The notes below the pieces were generated by a model. The model saw only the letters and a program-made list of their open reading frames with translations. It had not been told where the DNA came from and searched no databases. A DNA stretch of 63,191 nucleotides, counting the filler, from Chiloscyllium plagiosum (lineage: Eukaryota): the NCBI RefSeq assembly GCF_004010195.1. It is 3 parts of one record of this genome, joined end to end, with 100 filler letters (N's around TTAATTAATTAA, not from the genome) between each part and the next. Parts side by side here need not be neighbours in the genome. Positions count along the whole stretch, not along the records: positions 1 to 27,789 come from NC_057716.1; 2 more parts are not named here. One strand, 5' to 3'. Below, piece after piece: positions 13,389 to 26,216 of this stretch; positions within the stretch are counted from its first letter, which is position 1, and each line of letters starts with the position of its first letter. The position numbers were made by a program, and so were the translations under genes.

Positions 13389-15009
13389 GGCATTCAACTT
13401 ATGAACTTTTCAAACTTCCCCTTGAAGAACGACTACTTAACTAGTAATATTTTACAGCAAGCATTGACTTTCTAGAAAGATTTATTACTTCGGCAATTTG
13501 GATTTATACCATAGAGTTCTCATCCTTTTATACGCTTAAATAGCATTCAACCAGGATAAAGTTACTTTTTTTTAGCCATCTTAAAATGCTCAAACAATCT
13601 TTGGTAAGTCTACATTTTAAAACAAAATTTTATTGCCCTCACCCTGATAACAGAATAATTCAGAAAGACAACAATATCAAATTTGTGTCATCTCTATAAT
13701 TAGTTCCACTTCTTTGCTTTTATCCAATATTCTTGCCATTGTTTCTCTTAAAGGTGCGAGTCCAGTTCCCTTTTGAAGGCTGATGTACCCTTTTGAATCT
13801 AAATCAACTACCCTGTCTAAATTTGCATTTCAAATCTTATCATCACATTGTGCATAAACATTTTTGATGTTGTTCCATGTGAATGGGAAACATGCAAAGA
13901 ACAGAAACTGCTTTCAAAACAGCTTATCAAGAGCTACAAAAAGGGGACATTAAAAGGAACTTGCAAGTGATATCAAAATCAACACTAAATAACTTAAAAA
14001 ACTGCAAGTTTTGAAAAAGGTGGTCAGAAGCCAAGTGGTTCTCTTGAAAACTAAACCACGATGCTGTCAATGATAACATGGAACCGATCGATCCCAAAGA
14101 AACCAATATAAAAACAGGAAGAGTGTTTTAAAAAAATTGCAGAGAAACATAATATGTTTGCCAGAATTATTTTTACCATCTATTACATACAATCATATCA
14201 CAAACTCAAATTGAAATTTTTTTCTTTCCACACACAAAAGTAGAGTAACAAGATATGTGTGCATGGTAGAAATGCATAGTCATTTTTTTCAAATAGGTGC
14301 AAGTTCAAATGTAATCAAATTAACATTAGCTAACAGTGCTCATTTGAAAAGTTCATTAACAACTCTTGGTGAGTAACAGAAGAACATTAAAAAAAGTTTT
14401 ACCTTGTCCCAAGTTTTTATCACATATTCACTGCACAAAAATTGGAAAGGTGATAGTATTAAGATAATGACTGATGAATGGATATAAACCAATGTAACTG
14501 AACAAAATTATAACACAACATTTGAGGAAACAATTAACATGCTAACAATAGAAAAATAATAAAACTAGCTTTAATTTGGAATTATCATTTAATTGAATAA
14601 TTCGTTACATATTTTGGTCCCCCACTTCTTAGTAGAACCGCTAGTAACTGTAAATTTTCTTTAGTTACTAGTATACGATTGAGACTAAATACTTTGCATA
14701 TATGGAAAAGAGCAATAAAACTGAACTTTTAGAATTTGTACAATACAACAATCACAAAAACAGGAACATTACATAAAATCAGGCTATAATGTTTCATGGC
14801 ATGTGTTGTCATTTTACTGTTCATCTGTTATGGTGCCTGTTAATACTCAATTGGCAAGCTCAGTCGCCTAAACAAACTATTTCTCAGTTGACTTCACCAC
14901 ACAGACTAGGACCGAAATTTTTTTGTGTAGTGCAAATCAATTATATCGGTGCAGTCACCATTTTTGCTTGCTATTTGCATGGCTGAGGCAGCGTTCGTCG
15001 AATTATAAA

Positions 15010-15365
15010 ATCATAGAACGCCTACAGCGTGGAATCAGGCCATTTAGCCCATCGAGTCTGCACCAACCCTCTGAAGAGCATCCCACCCGGACCCACTCAT
15101 CTACCTTGTCCCTGTAATCTTACATTTCCCATAGCTGAACCATCTAGCCTGCACATTCCTGGACACAATGGGAAATTTAGCATGGCCAATCCACCCAACC
15201 TGCACATCTTCGGACTGTGGGAGGAAATTGCAGCACCTGGAGGAAACCCATGCAGTCACAGGGTGAATGTGTAAACTTCACACAGACAGTTGCCCAAGGC
15301 TGGAATCGAACCCAAGTCCCTGGCGCTGTGAGACTGTTGTGCTAACCACTCAACCAGCATGCCAC
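15010..15365 (-). mobile_element. HE1-type V-SINE
   Basis: Reverse complement of the V-SINE consensus. Confidence 0.8.
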
Positions 15366-15732
15366 TCTCAAATAGAACTGTGCATGGATTTTTCCACTAA
15401 TATCTTTGTTCATCCTTTGCTAAAAATACAGTTGAATGGATAATTGATGTTTATTTCAAGGGAGTCTGAAAATTGTACATGAGGAGTGATGCTTCATTGT
15501 ATGGAATTGTGGACAGAACCCATCTGGAGTACTGCATTTATTTCAGGTCTCTGCATTTGATTAAAGGTATAATATCATTGAGATTTTTAGTGCAGGTTTA
15601 TTAGAACTTTATCAAGGTTTAAAGGATTAAAGGACAGATTGCCTAATCTTTGTTTTCCCTTGATTTTAGAAGGCTGAAGAGGACGTGGATAATATTATAA
15701 AGAAATTCAGTTTGGTTGGTGCTATGAAACTA

Positions 15733-16057
15733 CAGGTAGAAGATCCTTTATCCAAACATCCAAAAACCGAAAAGCTCTGAAATCTGAAAGTTTTTTTCTC
15801 ATTAACAAGGTTGTTTGGTGTGCAAACAGTTATCCCAAGTCGACACCCACTCAACATGTGTCACTCAGATGAGACTGGGGGGGTTGGGGGGGGGCGTGAC
15901 CAAGCACCGACGGCCTGTTCCTACTTAGAAACCTGCTCCTCCCATAAGATTTTTAAAAATTTCACCATTAAACTGTCACTTTTTCTGAAAACCGAAAAAT
16001 TCCGAATTCCGAAGAACAGCTGGTCCCAAGCATTTCGGATAATGGATTGTCCACCTG
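15733..16057. mobile_element. Tc1/mariner pogo-Tigger-type MITE (Tigger4/MER46-like)
   Basis: Imperfect terminal inverted repeats of about 24 bp (CAGGTAGAAGATCCTTTATCCAAA / CAGGTGGACAATCCATTATCCGAA), flanked by TA and CA (decayed TA duplication), nested in an old CR1 fragment. Confidence 0.8.
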
Positions 16058-17139
16058 CATATGCTTTAATATAGGAATCCATAATTATAAACTTTAGAAC
16101 TAGAGAAATTAAGAGTGAAATAAGTTAGGTCCCTATACCCCTCAAAAGAAGAGCATTGCTAATCTGGAACTCCTTCTAAGAAGGAATGGTTTGAGTCAAC
16201 AGAAATTTTCAAGACTGAGATTTATAACTATTTGTTAGACAAGGGTAACAAGGGATTTTGTACATAAGCAGATAAATGGCATTGGAGTATAGATCAACCA
16301 TGACCTATTAGAATGTAGGAACAGGGTCAAGTGATAGAGTTGCTTCTCAAATTCCTAGACAAAGAGTTTAACCAGCAAATTTATTTAGCGACAACAACAA
16401 TATAGTGAAACAGAGAGGAAAAAGTGAGGACTGCAGATGCTGGACATCAGAGTCTACATTACAGTGGTGCTGCCTGACCTGCTGTGCTTTTCCAGCACCA
16501 CTCTAACCTAGTGAAACAGAGAGGCAATCCTTACGGGATCTGCCCCACCCCAATTGTTCCTACCCTACTATTACTCACTGTAGTCTGGGTTGCTCAGTTA
16601 TCCTTGCCCTTGAGTCAGGTCATTATTGGCAGCAGCCTATGTCTCCAAAATAGCCATGAAATGGACAGTTGAAAGCCTCTGAGGAGGAAACTCCTGAAGT
16701 CCTTGGACCAACTAGACGCTTATTGGTGCTCGGCTGCCTGATTGCTACTTAATTTGGTGGACGTTTCCCAGAAGAGGTAATAAGGGACTTACTGTCCGCT
16801 ATCCAGTGGGCAGACATGATTCCTGTTTGCCTTCATTAAGTACTGCCCTTTGTACTAATTCATATGCATATTGTAGCACTTTTATCTTACTTAGAGTCAT
16901 AGAAATGTACAGCATGGAAACAGATCCTTCAGTCCAACCTGTCCATGCCGACCAGATATCCCAACCCAATCTAGTCCCACCACTCCCCGACCCCAGGGAA
17001 AAGACTTTGTCTAATTATCCTATCCATGCCCCTCATAATTCCTCTATAAGGTCACCCCTCAGCCTCCAAGAATGTGAAAACTTCACACAGTCGCCTGAGA
17101 TTAGAAATGAACCTAGATCCTTGGTGCTGTGTTGCAGCA

Positions 17140-17910
17140 ATGATAGGTTGGGTGAATGAGTGAATGGGCCAAAATTTGGCAGATGAAGTTTAATGTGGAT
17201 GAGTGCAAGGTTATCTACTTTGGTCAGAGGAACAGAAAGATAACTTATTATCTAAATGGAGAAACTTCAGAGTGCTTCTGTACAGACAGATCGCAGAATG
17301 TATCACAGAAACTAGTATACAGATACATCAGGTAATAAGGAAGACAAATGGAATTTTGGCATTTATGTCTAAAGAAACAGAATATAAAAGCAGGGAATTG
17401 TTGTTGCAGTTGTACAAGCTGTTAGTGAGACTGAACCCGGAGTATGATATACAATTTTGATCCCCTCACCTGAGGAGGTTTATTCGAGGCAGTTCAGAGA
17501 CGGTTCACTAGATTCATTCCAGAGATGAGGGGTTTGCTTTATGCAGTGAGATTGAGCAGATTAGTCCTAAACTCTCTGAAGTTTAGAAAAATGAAAGGAG
17601 AGCAAATTGAGGTCAGCAAGATGCTAAAGGGAATTGACAAATTCGATGTAGAGAGGATGGAGTAATCCAGAACAAGAGGTTAGTTTCAGGATAAGGGGCA
17701 GCAGATTTAAAAGTGTCTTAAATCTATGGAATTCATTCCTCCAGAGTGTGATGGATGCTGGGATACTGAGTAAATTTGAGGAGGAGATAGACAGATTTTT
17801 AATTAGTAAAGAGTTGAAGGGTTATGGGAACTGGGCAGGAGAGTGGAGTTGAGGCTAAGATGAGATCAGCCATAAGCATGCAACTTGCAGGCTAGACGGG
17901 TTGAATTGCT
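17140..17910 (+). mobile_element. CR1-clade LINE 3' fragment
   Basis: WAKIWQMKFNVDEC and LLLQLYKLLVRLNPEY motifs, plus a typical 3' UTR. Confidence 0.8.
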
Positions 17911-17917
17911 TCACTGT

Positions 17918-18572
17918 CGAAAGTGAAGACTGCCGATGCTGGAGATTAGAGTCAAGAGTGTGGAGTTGAAAAAGCACAGCAGGTCAGGCAGCATCTGAGG
18001 AGCAGGAAAATCAATGTTTCGGGCAAAAGCCCTTCATCAGGAATGAGGCTGGGAGCCTGCGGGTGGAGAGATAAATGAGAGCGGGGTGGGGCTGGGGGGG
18101 CGGGGGGGAGGTAGTTGAGAGTGTAATAGGTGGATGGAGGTGGGGGGAATGGTAATAGGCCGGAGGGGAGGGTAGAGCAGATAGGTGGGAAAGAAGATGC
18201 ACAGGTGGGACAGGTCATGAGGGCAGTGCTGAGATGGAGGGAAGGTTTGAAGGGGGAGGGGGGGGGGGGGGGGCAGGGGAAATGAGGAAACTGATGAAAT
18301 CCACATTGGTGCCATGGGGTTGGATGATCCTGAGGCAGAAGATGAGGTGTTCTTCCTCCAGGCATCGGGTGGTTAGGGAGTGGTGATGGAGGAAGCCCAG
18401 GGCCTGCATGTCCTTGCTGGAGTGGGAGGGGGAGTTGAAATGTTCAACCATTGGGTGCTGGGGTTGGTTGGTGCAGGTGTCCCAGAAATGTTCTCTGAAG
18501 TGTTCTACTAGTAGGCGTCCTGTCTCCCCAATGTAGAGGAGACCGCTTCGGGAGCAGCGGATACAGTAAATA
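17918..18572 (-). mobile_element. Penelope-like element 3' part (GIY-YIG end and pseudo-LTR)
   Basis: YCIRCSRSGLLYIGETGR and VEHFNSPSHS..LEEEHLIF.L...QPHG.NVDF motifs. Confidence 0.85.
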
Positions 18573-18884
18573 CCGCATTCTCGTTCTTATGTAATCAAAG
18601 TAGTTGATTTGTGCTTGATGTCTGTTTTTCTGCTACTGTATTAGCATGGGATTGAATCTCATGTCAACATTTAAATTTTTATCCCTTTATATAAGAGGAA
18701 CACCAATGCCATTTTTAATGTTCTGCTGGCTACGGATGGTCACTCAGTAGAAGGTATTGGCCAAAAAGAGAGAGGGTATATATAAACAAGATCCAGTCCT
18801 CAAAATGATCTCCTGTGACACAACCCAGAGGTTATCCTGCACATTTCTTTCCTATCCATTCAACAAAAAGTTAGAAATGATGCC

Positions 18885-18890
18885 TTTATT
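18885..18890 (-). promoter_or_regulatory. Candidate poly(A) signal AATAAA of the PLA2R1-like gene
   Basis: First canonical AATAAA I found on the minus strand downstream of the stop codon (about 1.2 kb of 3'UTR). No transcript evidence. Confidence 0.3.
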
Positions 18891-20065
18891 CATTCAACAA
18901 AATGAGGAGAATTGAGTTGATGATATTAAAGGCCAGAAAGACCAAATCATGTTCCTATGTTGCAATGGTGCAAAGCAGAATGACAATTCAAGTCAAAGAT
19001 GCAAAAGTTGGTGCACACCATGAGCAGAGCTTTGCACCAACAGTGTATGTCATGGTTTCAGATTCAGAAATGCATGCATTTGGTGTTTGGGGGTAAACAG
19101 CCTGCCAAATAGGTTCATAGGACAGCAAGCCAATTCACAAGAAACAGCATGGGATCTGTGCACAGGAACGCAGCTATCTTAACTTCAGAAGATAGGAGAT
19201 TGCCTGTATTAGCTTAAAAGTTTATGCATTGTTGCACACCTCTTTCTGCCACAGACCAACAATGTTAACCTGAAAGACACAGATTCTCGGTTTCAAGACC
19301 CAGACTGCTCATCACCCTGGCCCAAAGCTTTTATCTCCTGTATCTGCAGCATTCGTTCCAGTGCAGAGGAATAAGTTGCTGTCACCAATGAAATGTCAGC
19401 AGGGCAGACAAAGGGTGGCCCCATGGTTCAGGGATAGCTCACTGCTGGTTTCCCTTAAAGGGGATGGGAATGGAGGGAATTGCTGTTCCCACAAAGGGCA
19501 AGACAAGACCCTCCTATCTGTTTCAGGATTAATTGACCCTGTGGGTTAATTTACTTAAACCAGTAAAACACAACACAACCCTTGAACCAGACATTACAGT
19601 AAACCAGTGATAGGCAAACATATCCTGCATAATTTGGCCTAGAGTTCTCTGAAACACAGCCTCCCATGAGATTGTATAATGTCTCTGCCTTTTCTTCAAC
19701 TTCAGCAAACTGCATAAACACACAATATCAACTGAATGGATATGTGCACTGGTCAAATTATTAAATTTAGAACACTAGGATACAATTCTGTTTCCAATAC
19801 ATAATAAAATGAAATGTGTGTGCACTTTATGTAAATAGAACAAGCTCTTCAATCAAAGCCTGCTACTTAATCTAGAAAAATGGATAAGTGCAAAATCCTT
19901 ATAGAGAATGCACAATGTGCAGAAAATAGTGTCCACATTGTATGACAATGATTAAACCTATGTTTAAATGAGTATTAATTGTTGAATCGCAGGTCAACAT
20001 TTAAATCCATCATTTAAAATCTTAAGCCAAAATGTCTTTCTTGTACTGTAGGTGTATGGATTCAC

Positions 20066-20289
20066 TTAGTTAGCTTCACTATTCCTTTCAAATGCAGCAA
20101 TAAGAACATTTCCATCACAATCAGTACCTTCAGGGGTAGTTTGTCTGTAATATGCATTCCCTGAAAATCTGAAAGGAGGTTGATTCTTCTTCCAAAGATA
20201 CCAGAACCCAACAGCACCCAAAACAATAACCACGGTTACCACCAATGCTATTACAATGTTAAGTATTGTTCCATTTCCAATTTGGTATC
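20066..20289 (-). CDS. PLA2R1: PLA2R1-like terminal exon, transmembrane segment and tail: (G)YQIGNGTILNIVIALVVTVVIVLGAVGFWYLWKKNQPPFRFSGNAYYRQTTPEGTDCDGNVLIAAFERNSEAN*
   Basis: Acceptor ttttttctttccacAG. About 24 hydrophobic residues, then a KK stop-transfer signal and NxYY and N-V-L-I tail motifs like PLA2R1 (NPYY...ENILI). TAA stop at 20066-20068. Confidence 0.88.
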
Positions 20290-21441
20290 CTGTGGAAAGA
20301 AAAAAAAATGCTTACAGAAAATCCAATTAACCTACATCTTAACAAAAGGAAAAAATGGAATTGCAAGGCAGTCGTGGTTTTGGGAAAGATGGAGAAAGTG
20401 ACTGATTTACTGTTGATAAGATTAGGGCAAAAAAAAGCTTTAAAATCTTAAAGGAAGCAGAAGCTATACATTATGATGTGTCTGCCAGAAGTAGGGACAC
20501 TACGACTGTGACACAGAGCTCTTATATATTTGTAGAAACACCAATTAGGATGTGGAATATCCCAAACCTCAACAGTGGGGATAGCTGAATCTATAATAAC
20601 TTTTTAGAGAAACAATGATACATATTTACATTTGAAAATGTACAGGAAAACACAAGGATGGGATTAAATGGATAGCTTTTTTCCAAAGACATGACACAGT
20701 CATGATTGGTCAAGTAGTCATTTACTATTCTATACGGTTCAATACTTTGGTAAAAATCTGGCGTGAATTCTACAAAACCTCATTTTTCTTCTTAGACATT
20801 AATGATTTGATTCTCGTGGATTCAAATTTATTTCTCTGCCAATTTTGCTGACACTCAAACATATTGAAAAAGGTGAACTGAATAATAATTCAAGATGACA
20901 ACCATCTATATTTAGATATCTTTAATCTAATCAAACCTATCGGCACACTTCATATGAGCATTATCAATGTGCCACTGGGCCACATAGGAGATAGCAGGTT
21001 GGATGAACAAACATATGGTAAGAGTCACCTCAACTAAAACAGCCGAAAGTTTATGACTGACATGGTTTTCTTCCAATTTCTCAAACACATAGCAGTCCAC
21101 AAGCGCATGCTTCTGTTAGTCACTAGCAATACTTTTTGAAATATGATTGCTTTGGTGTTGTAACAGGCACCCTGTTAAAAATAAATTGAGAAAAACTTTG
21201 CCACCGAAGCAAAAGTGAATAACTTTAGATTATTGTGAAACTTAAATGTATGAACAAAAATAAGCCATTAGCATGAAGATTCTGCTGTTTTAAAAACTTA
21301 GTCTCAAATGAATTCTGAAGTTGAAAAAATACTCAATATTACCATTACTTGAAAAGTTTTTGAAACTTTCTTTTTTTAAATAACTTGGCAAAATTGATGA
21401 AGGCAATGTGCTATAATTGAAATGTTACAGACATGCAAAGT

Positions 21442-21965
21442 TAGTGAGTTTTGAGGAGATTTGTAGGTCAGGTTGAGGTTCTGGGTGTAGGTTTGCTCGC
21501 TGAGGTGAAAGGTTAATTTTCAGACGTTTCATCACCATACTAGGTAGCATTTTCAGTGAGCCTCCAGACTAATGAGAGAGGAAAAAGAAATGACCCTCTC
21601 TCACTAGTATCCTTACATTCAGATAAAGAAGGATGCCACTTCGACTGGGACAACACATCCATTCTAGGACAAGCCAAACAGAGACACGCACGAGAATTCC
21701 TAGAAGCATGACATTTCCATCAGAACTCTATCAACAAATACATTGATTTGGACCCCATTTACCACCTCCTGAGAAAAAGAACAGGAAATGACACCATCAT
21801 AGGAAATGACATAACCACAGGAAATGACATCAAGCAAAAGAAATCCAAACATATAAATAGAAAGCAGGAATACTCATCCGGAGGCTAAATGAAGATGTTA
21901 CCTAGTATGGTGATGAAACGTCTGAAAATGAACCTTGCAGCTCAGTGAGCAAACTTACATTCAGA
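21442..21965 (+). mobile_element. Penelope-like (second family) 3' fragment with an inverted terminal segment
   Basis: HFDWDNTSILGQAKQRHAREFLEA..NSINKYIDLDPIY. About 21480-21566 is inverted relative to about 21880-21966. An 11-bp flanking duplication acatgcaaagt lies at 21431-21441 and 21966-21976. Confidence 0.8.
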
Positions 21966-22557
21966 ACATGCAAAGTGCAATAGATAGACCATGCATGTGT
22001 ATGAAAATTATTATTAGCGATTACCTTTGACAGTCATTATAGTGAAATGGAGGACAGCTGTTTTATAATATTAGGTGTGTTATTCCTTACAATTCGAATC
22101 TCCTGTTCCCTGGATGCTGCCTGACCTGCTGTGCTGTTCCAGCAATAAAGTTTCAACAACAGTCATTATAGTGAAATGGAGGACAGCTGTTTTATAATAT
22201 TAGGTGTGTTATTCCTTACAATTTAATTCATTACCAGGGCTACTCATTTGATCTGAATGAGTGAGTCCAAGTGAAGCTTTAGTTATATTGTATTTTATGA
22301 TTTTGTTTATCTGGAAGAGTAATGAAGCATGTATGACCTTATAACATTTACTCTTAAATTGAACGAGTAAAATTCTGTCAGCAACTTTGGCGTCCTTGAA
22401 AATGGAACAGTAGATTTGGATGAACTATCAGCATTGGTTTCTATTGACAAAGATTTCTAAAAGTTGACAATTTTATAAAGGCCTGGGCCTATTTAACACA
22501 ATATAAAGCACATTTTATTCGTACTTTGCCCATAAGATGCATTTGTAGGCAACTTAC

Positions 22558-22593
22558 CTTGTAGCTTTGGGATGTAGGTACGTCCACTCAAAT
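22558..22593 (-). CDS. PLA2R1: PLA2R1-like 36-nt stalk micro-exon: (D)LSGRTYIPKLQ(G)
   Basis: Strong sites atttcAG and GTaagt, phase 1/1. Joins the transmembrane exon in frame; size and position match the short penultimate exon of PLA2R1. Confidence 0.7.
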
Positions 22594-25349
22594 CTGAAAT
22601 GTTGATATAAATAAATCATGTAGACATGCAGTACTTTTATATAATGTGTCTGAAGTAATGAGATATCAAATATTAAGTAGTACCAGGTTGAATTTTCCAG
22701 TGACCATTGGGAAACTGCCATCAGACCCACTCACTCTGCAATTTTCTGGGAGGCACCTACATAATTAAGAATGGCAGACAGGTTCTGAGGGTGAAAACCC
22801 AAACAAAGGTCTGGACATGTCGTAGGCCAATGGCCCCAGCAGGAAGCAGACAGGTAAATTCGAGGGCACCTCCAGGTTATGTGCAGAGATGCGATGAATA
22901 AAGAAGCCCGAAGCCAGCAGGGCTAACCAGAGTGGAGAGGAAACCTGTCCACTAGAATTGTGATGAATGCGGTTGCAGCCTTTTATGCCTGTGACCCCAT
23001 CATTAGGGGAATGGATTTTTCAGTTCTATTGATGAGTTGGTCTCCTGATTGTAGTTAACCTTTACTGAGTTGTATTTTTATGGAGAGAGATGTCACTTTA
23101 ACAATGGGGAAATACTAACACCATTTCAAAATGGATCCTCAATTAGCTAAATTGACTCTCTACCTCTTTGAAGTGTGCAGTGAATGCTGGTTCTAGTCTG
23201 TACCTGTGGGGGCACAGATGTATTGGAGACATCACAATGTAGTTTTTCCCTAGATTTCTGGCACCCTGACAGCCAGTGGAAAATATAGTCCTTTAAGGCC
23301 ATCAATGAGGAAAATAGGAATATTGCTGTGCTGAATATATTTTAAAAATTACACTTCATACCAGTAATGCATAGACTGACAGTTAGATATAACTTCAAAT
23401 TGCATGTATTATCTAACTGCATGCAGTCATAAATTCATGTTGTGAGCACATCAAACCAATACAAATAACTCATACAAAGCAAGAGGTATTCCTACTGCTA
23501 TCTAGTTTTTTAATACAGTTCTGCAATCTTCAAAATATGCGACAGCAAACATACATGATAAATCATTGTTTCATTGCTAATATATTGGCCTTAGAAATCA
23601 ATAAGGGCAGAAATGGAGTGCGCTGTGATCTGTGGGGCAGGAATTATATCTGGAACGGATTCTGTTCTGTTATGGCTCTGAAGAAAAAATTTACAGTGTC
23701 CATTCTGATTTGCATTTTGCAATGGGAGGAGTGGGATAGTGTGTTATCTCAGGAATTCTGTCCGTTCTGTCTGCTGTACAACTGCAGTGAGTACATCTTC
23801 ACAAAACAATGGACCTGACATACGGCCCATGGTGTGGATTTCAAGGGCAAAATGCTATTGATTGGATACAGAAAGATCAGTAACCAAGAAGTTTTGAAGA
23901 TGTTTGTCCAACTTCAGATTCCCCAAAGACCTAACCTTCCTCTGCCAACACAACAGTAAAGCATTGCTCAGAAATTCCAACAGGTCCAGAGGATATGCAT
24001 TTCATTGATACAATTAAAGGCACGTCACCTAACCCTGATCTTCAGATTCCTAATCCTGGACATGTCAAAGTGAGAGTAAACAGGTCAGCAGAAATTCTGA
24101 ATGGCTATATCTCTGGTAGAACTAGCAACTACAAATCATACAGCCAAATGAATTAAGAACAGGATGCGCCACTTGGCCCTTATTCTGTAGGTTTATAGCT
24201 GATCTGATCACCCTATGTTCCGCCAACTCTGACAAGCTTTCAGCACTTGCTCATCTGGAACCCATCAGCCACTGCCTTAAAAATATTCAAATACCCTTTC
24301 GCCACCACTGTTCCAGAAAAATCTTTGGAAGGTTGTAAACAAAAGGTATGTTAAGAGAGTGTGGCTGCTGGCCAGGTTCCACCTTAGAGGTAAGTATATT
24401 TTAAAACTGTTTCTGTACTATATAACTTTATGACTCTATAAAATATTATTTATCTGCGTGAAGCAGTCACCAACTGCATCAAGTCAAAATGGGGACTTTG
24501 GGCCTTTCTTTCATTTCTTTGTTGGCTATCCCCAAATCCCCAGAAGGCAGCTCATTGTCACCCACATTACTCTGGTTCTGGAGTGACATATGGGCCAGAC
24601 CGAGTAAAGACAGGAGGTTTCCTTCCCTAAGGTGAACCAGATGGGTTTTTACAACAATTGACACTTTCTCCCAGTCTTTTACTTCTGACTGAATTCAAAT
24701 TTTATCATCTTACCCATTGGTGAGATGCGAACCCAGAACAGTGACCCGGAGTTCTGGATTACTAGTTATGACCTTACCACTATTCCATCACTTCTGAGCA
24801 CTGCATGTTTTCTTTAAAACTGTAACAGTATTGTGGACAGTGTACTTCCAACTCACAATTGTTGTGTGCTTGCTGTCTATCTGTTGGAGGTGTTGAAAGT
24901 GATTAGTGCTTGCAAAACTGGCATCAGTTTAACAGACCTCAGTTTTTTAAAAATTAAATCAAGCAGTACAGGTGCTACACAGATCATTACTTCATGTTTC
25001 ACTTATTTTTCTCTCACACTCACTGAGTTTCTTCTCTTGACTGCATGTTGCCATATGATTTCACAGGTTTCAGACTCTATGAGTGGTTAATATTTGTGTA
25101 TGATCCTCAGCAATGAATATGAAGGCTAGATTAACATTGGAAAACAAATCCAATCTTTATACAAACCTCCAGCAGAATTTCCCAGCCATAGCAATCTGGA
25201 GCATGAATTCTGACTGATTTTAATTCCACTAACAGAAACACCAAGTTAGCACAGATGGGGACTGAACCTGACACAGTTTCTCATTGAATATTGTTCCACA
25301 ACTGTATAAACTAATTCATCTATTTTGCATATTCCTGTGAATACATTCA

Positions 25350-26216
25350 GGGCCATATGCCTGGGAATATGTCCAGGAAGTTACTTGAGTGGAACTGAGA
25401 AATAAGAAAGGGATGATCACCTTATTGGGATTGTATTAAAGAGCCCCGAACAGTCAGCTGGAAATTGAGAAACAAATTTGTAAAGAGATCTGTTATCTTT
25501 GAGAATAATAGGCTGGTCATAGTAGGGATTTTAACATTCAAAACATTGTCAAGGACTGCCATAGTATTCAGGGCTTGGATGGAGAGGAATTTGTTAAGTG
25601 TGTATAAGAGAAAGTGCAAAACCTGACCTACTCTTGGGGAAATTAAGCAGGGGAGGTTACTGAGGTGTCAGTGTGGGAGCACCTTGGGGCCAGGGACCAT
25701 CATTCTTTTAGTTTTAAAATCGTGATGGAAAAGGATAGTCCAGTTCTAAAAGTTGAAGTTCTGAATTGGAGGAAGGAAAATTTCGACAGTATTAGGCAAG
25801 AGCTTTCAAAAATTGATTGGGGGGAGATATTACAGACTGGTCAGCCTGACATTGATGATGGGCAAGTTGTTGGAGGGAATCCTGAGGGACAGGAGTTACA
25901 TGTATTTGGAAAGGCAAAGACTGACTAGGGATAGTCAACATGGCTGTGTGTGGGAAATTGTGTCTCACTAATTTGATTGAGTTTTTTGAAGAAGTAGCAA
26001 AGAGGACTGATGAGGGCAGAGCGGTGGATGTGATTTATATGGACGTCAGTAAGGTGTTCGACAAGGTTCCCCATGGGAGACTGATAAGCAAGGTTAGGTC
26101 TCATGGAATACAGGGAGAAATTGCTATTTGGTTAGAAGACGGAATAGTGGTGGAGGATTGCTTTTCAGACTGGAGGCCTGTGACCATTGGTGTCCCACAA
26201 AGATCGGTGCTGGGTC
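25350..26216 (+). mobile_element. CR1-clade LINE internal fragments (endonuclease and RT)
   Basis: ORF 25940-26314 (CLTNLIEFFEEV..VDVIYMD..KVFDKVPH..GVPQRSVLG). Confidence 0.85.

Noticed and set aside
640..19000. Expected LY75 5' exons downstream of PLA2R1 (mammalian synteny)
   Set aside because: I found no recognisable signal-peptide, ricin or FnII exon; a short first exon could have been missed.
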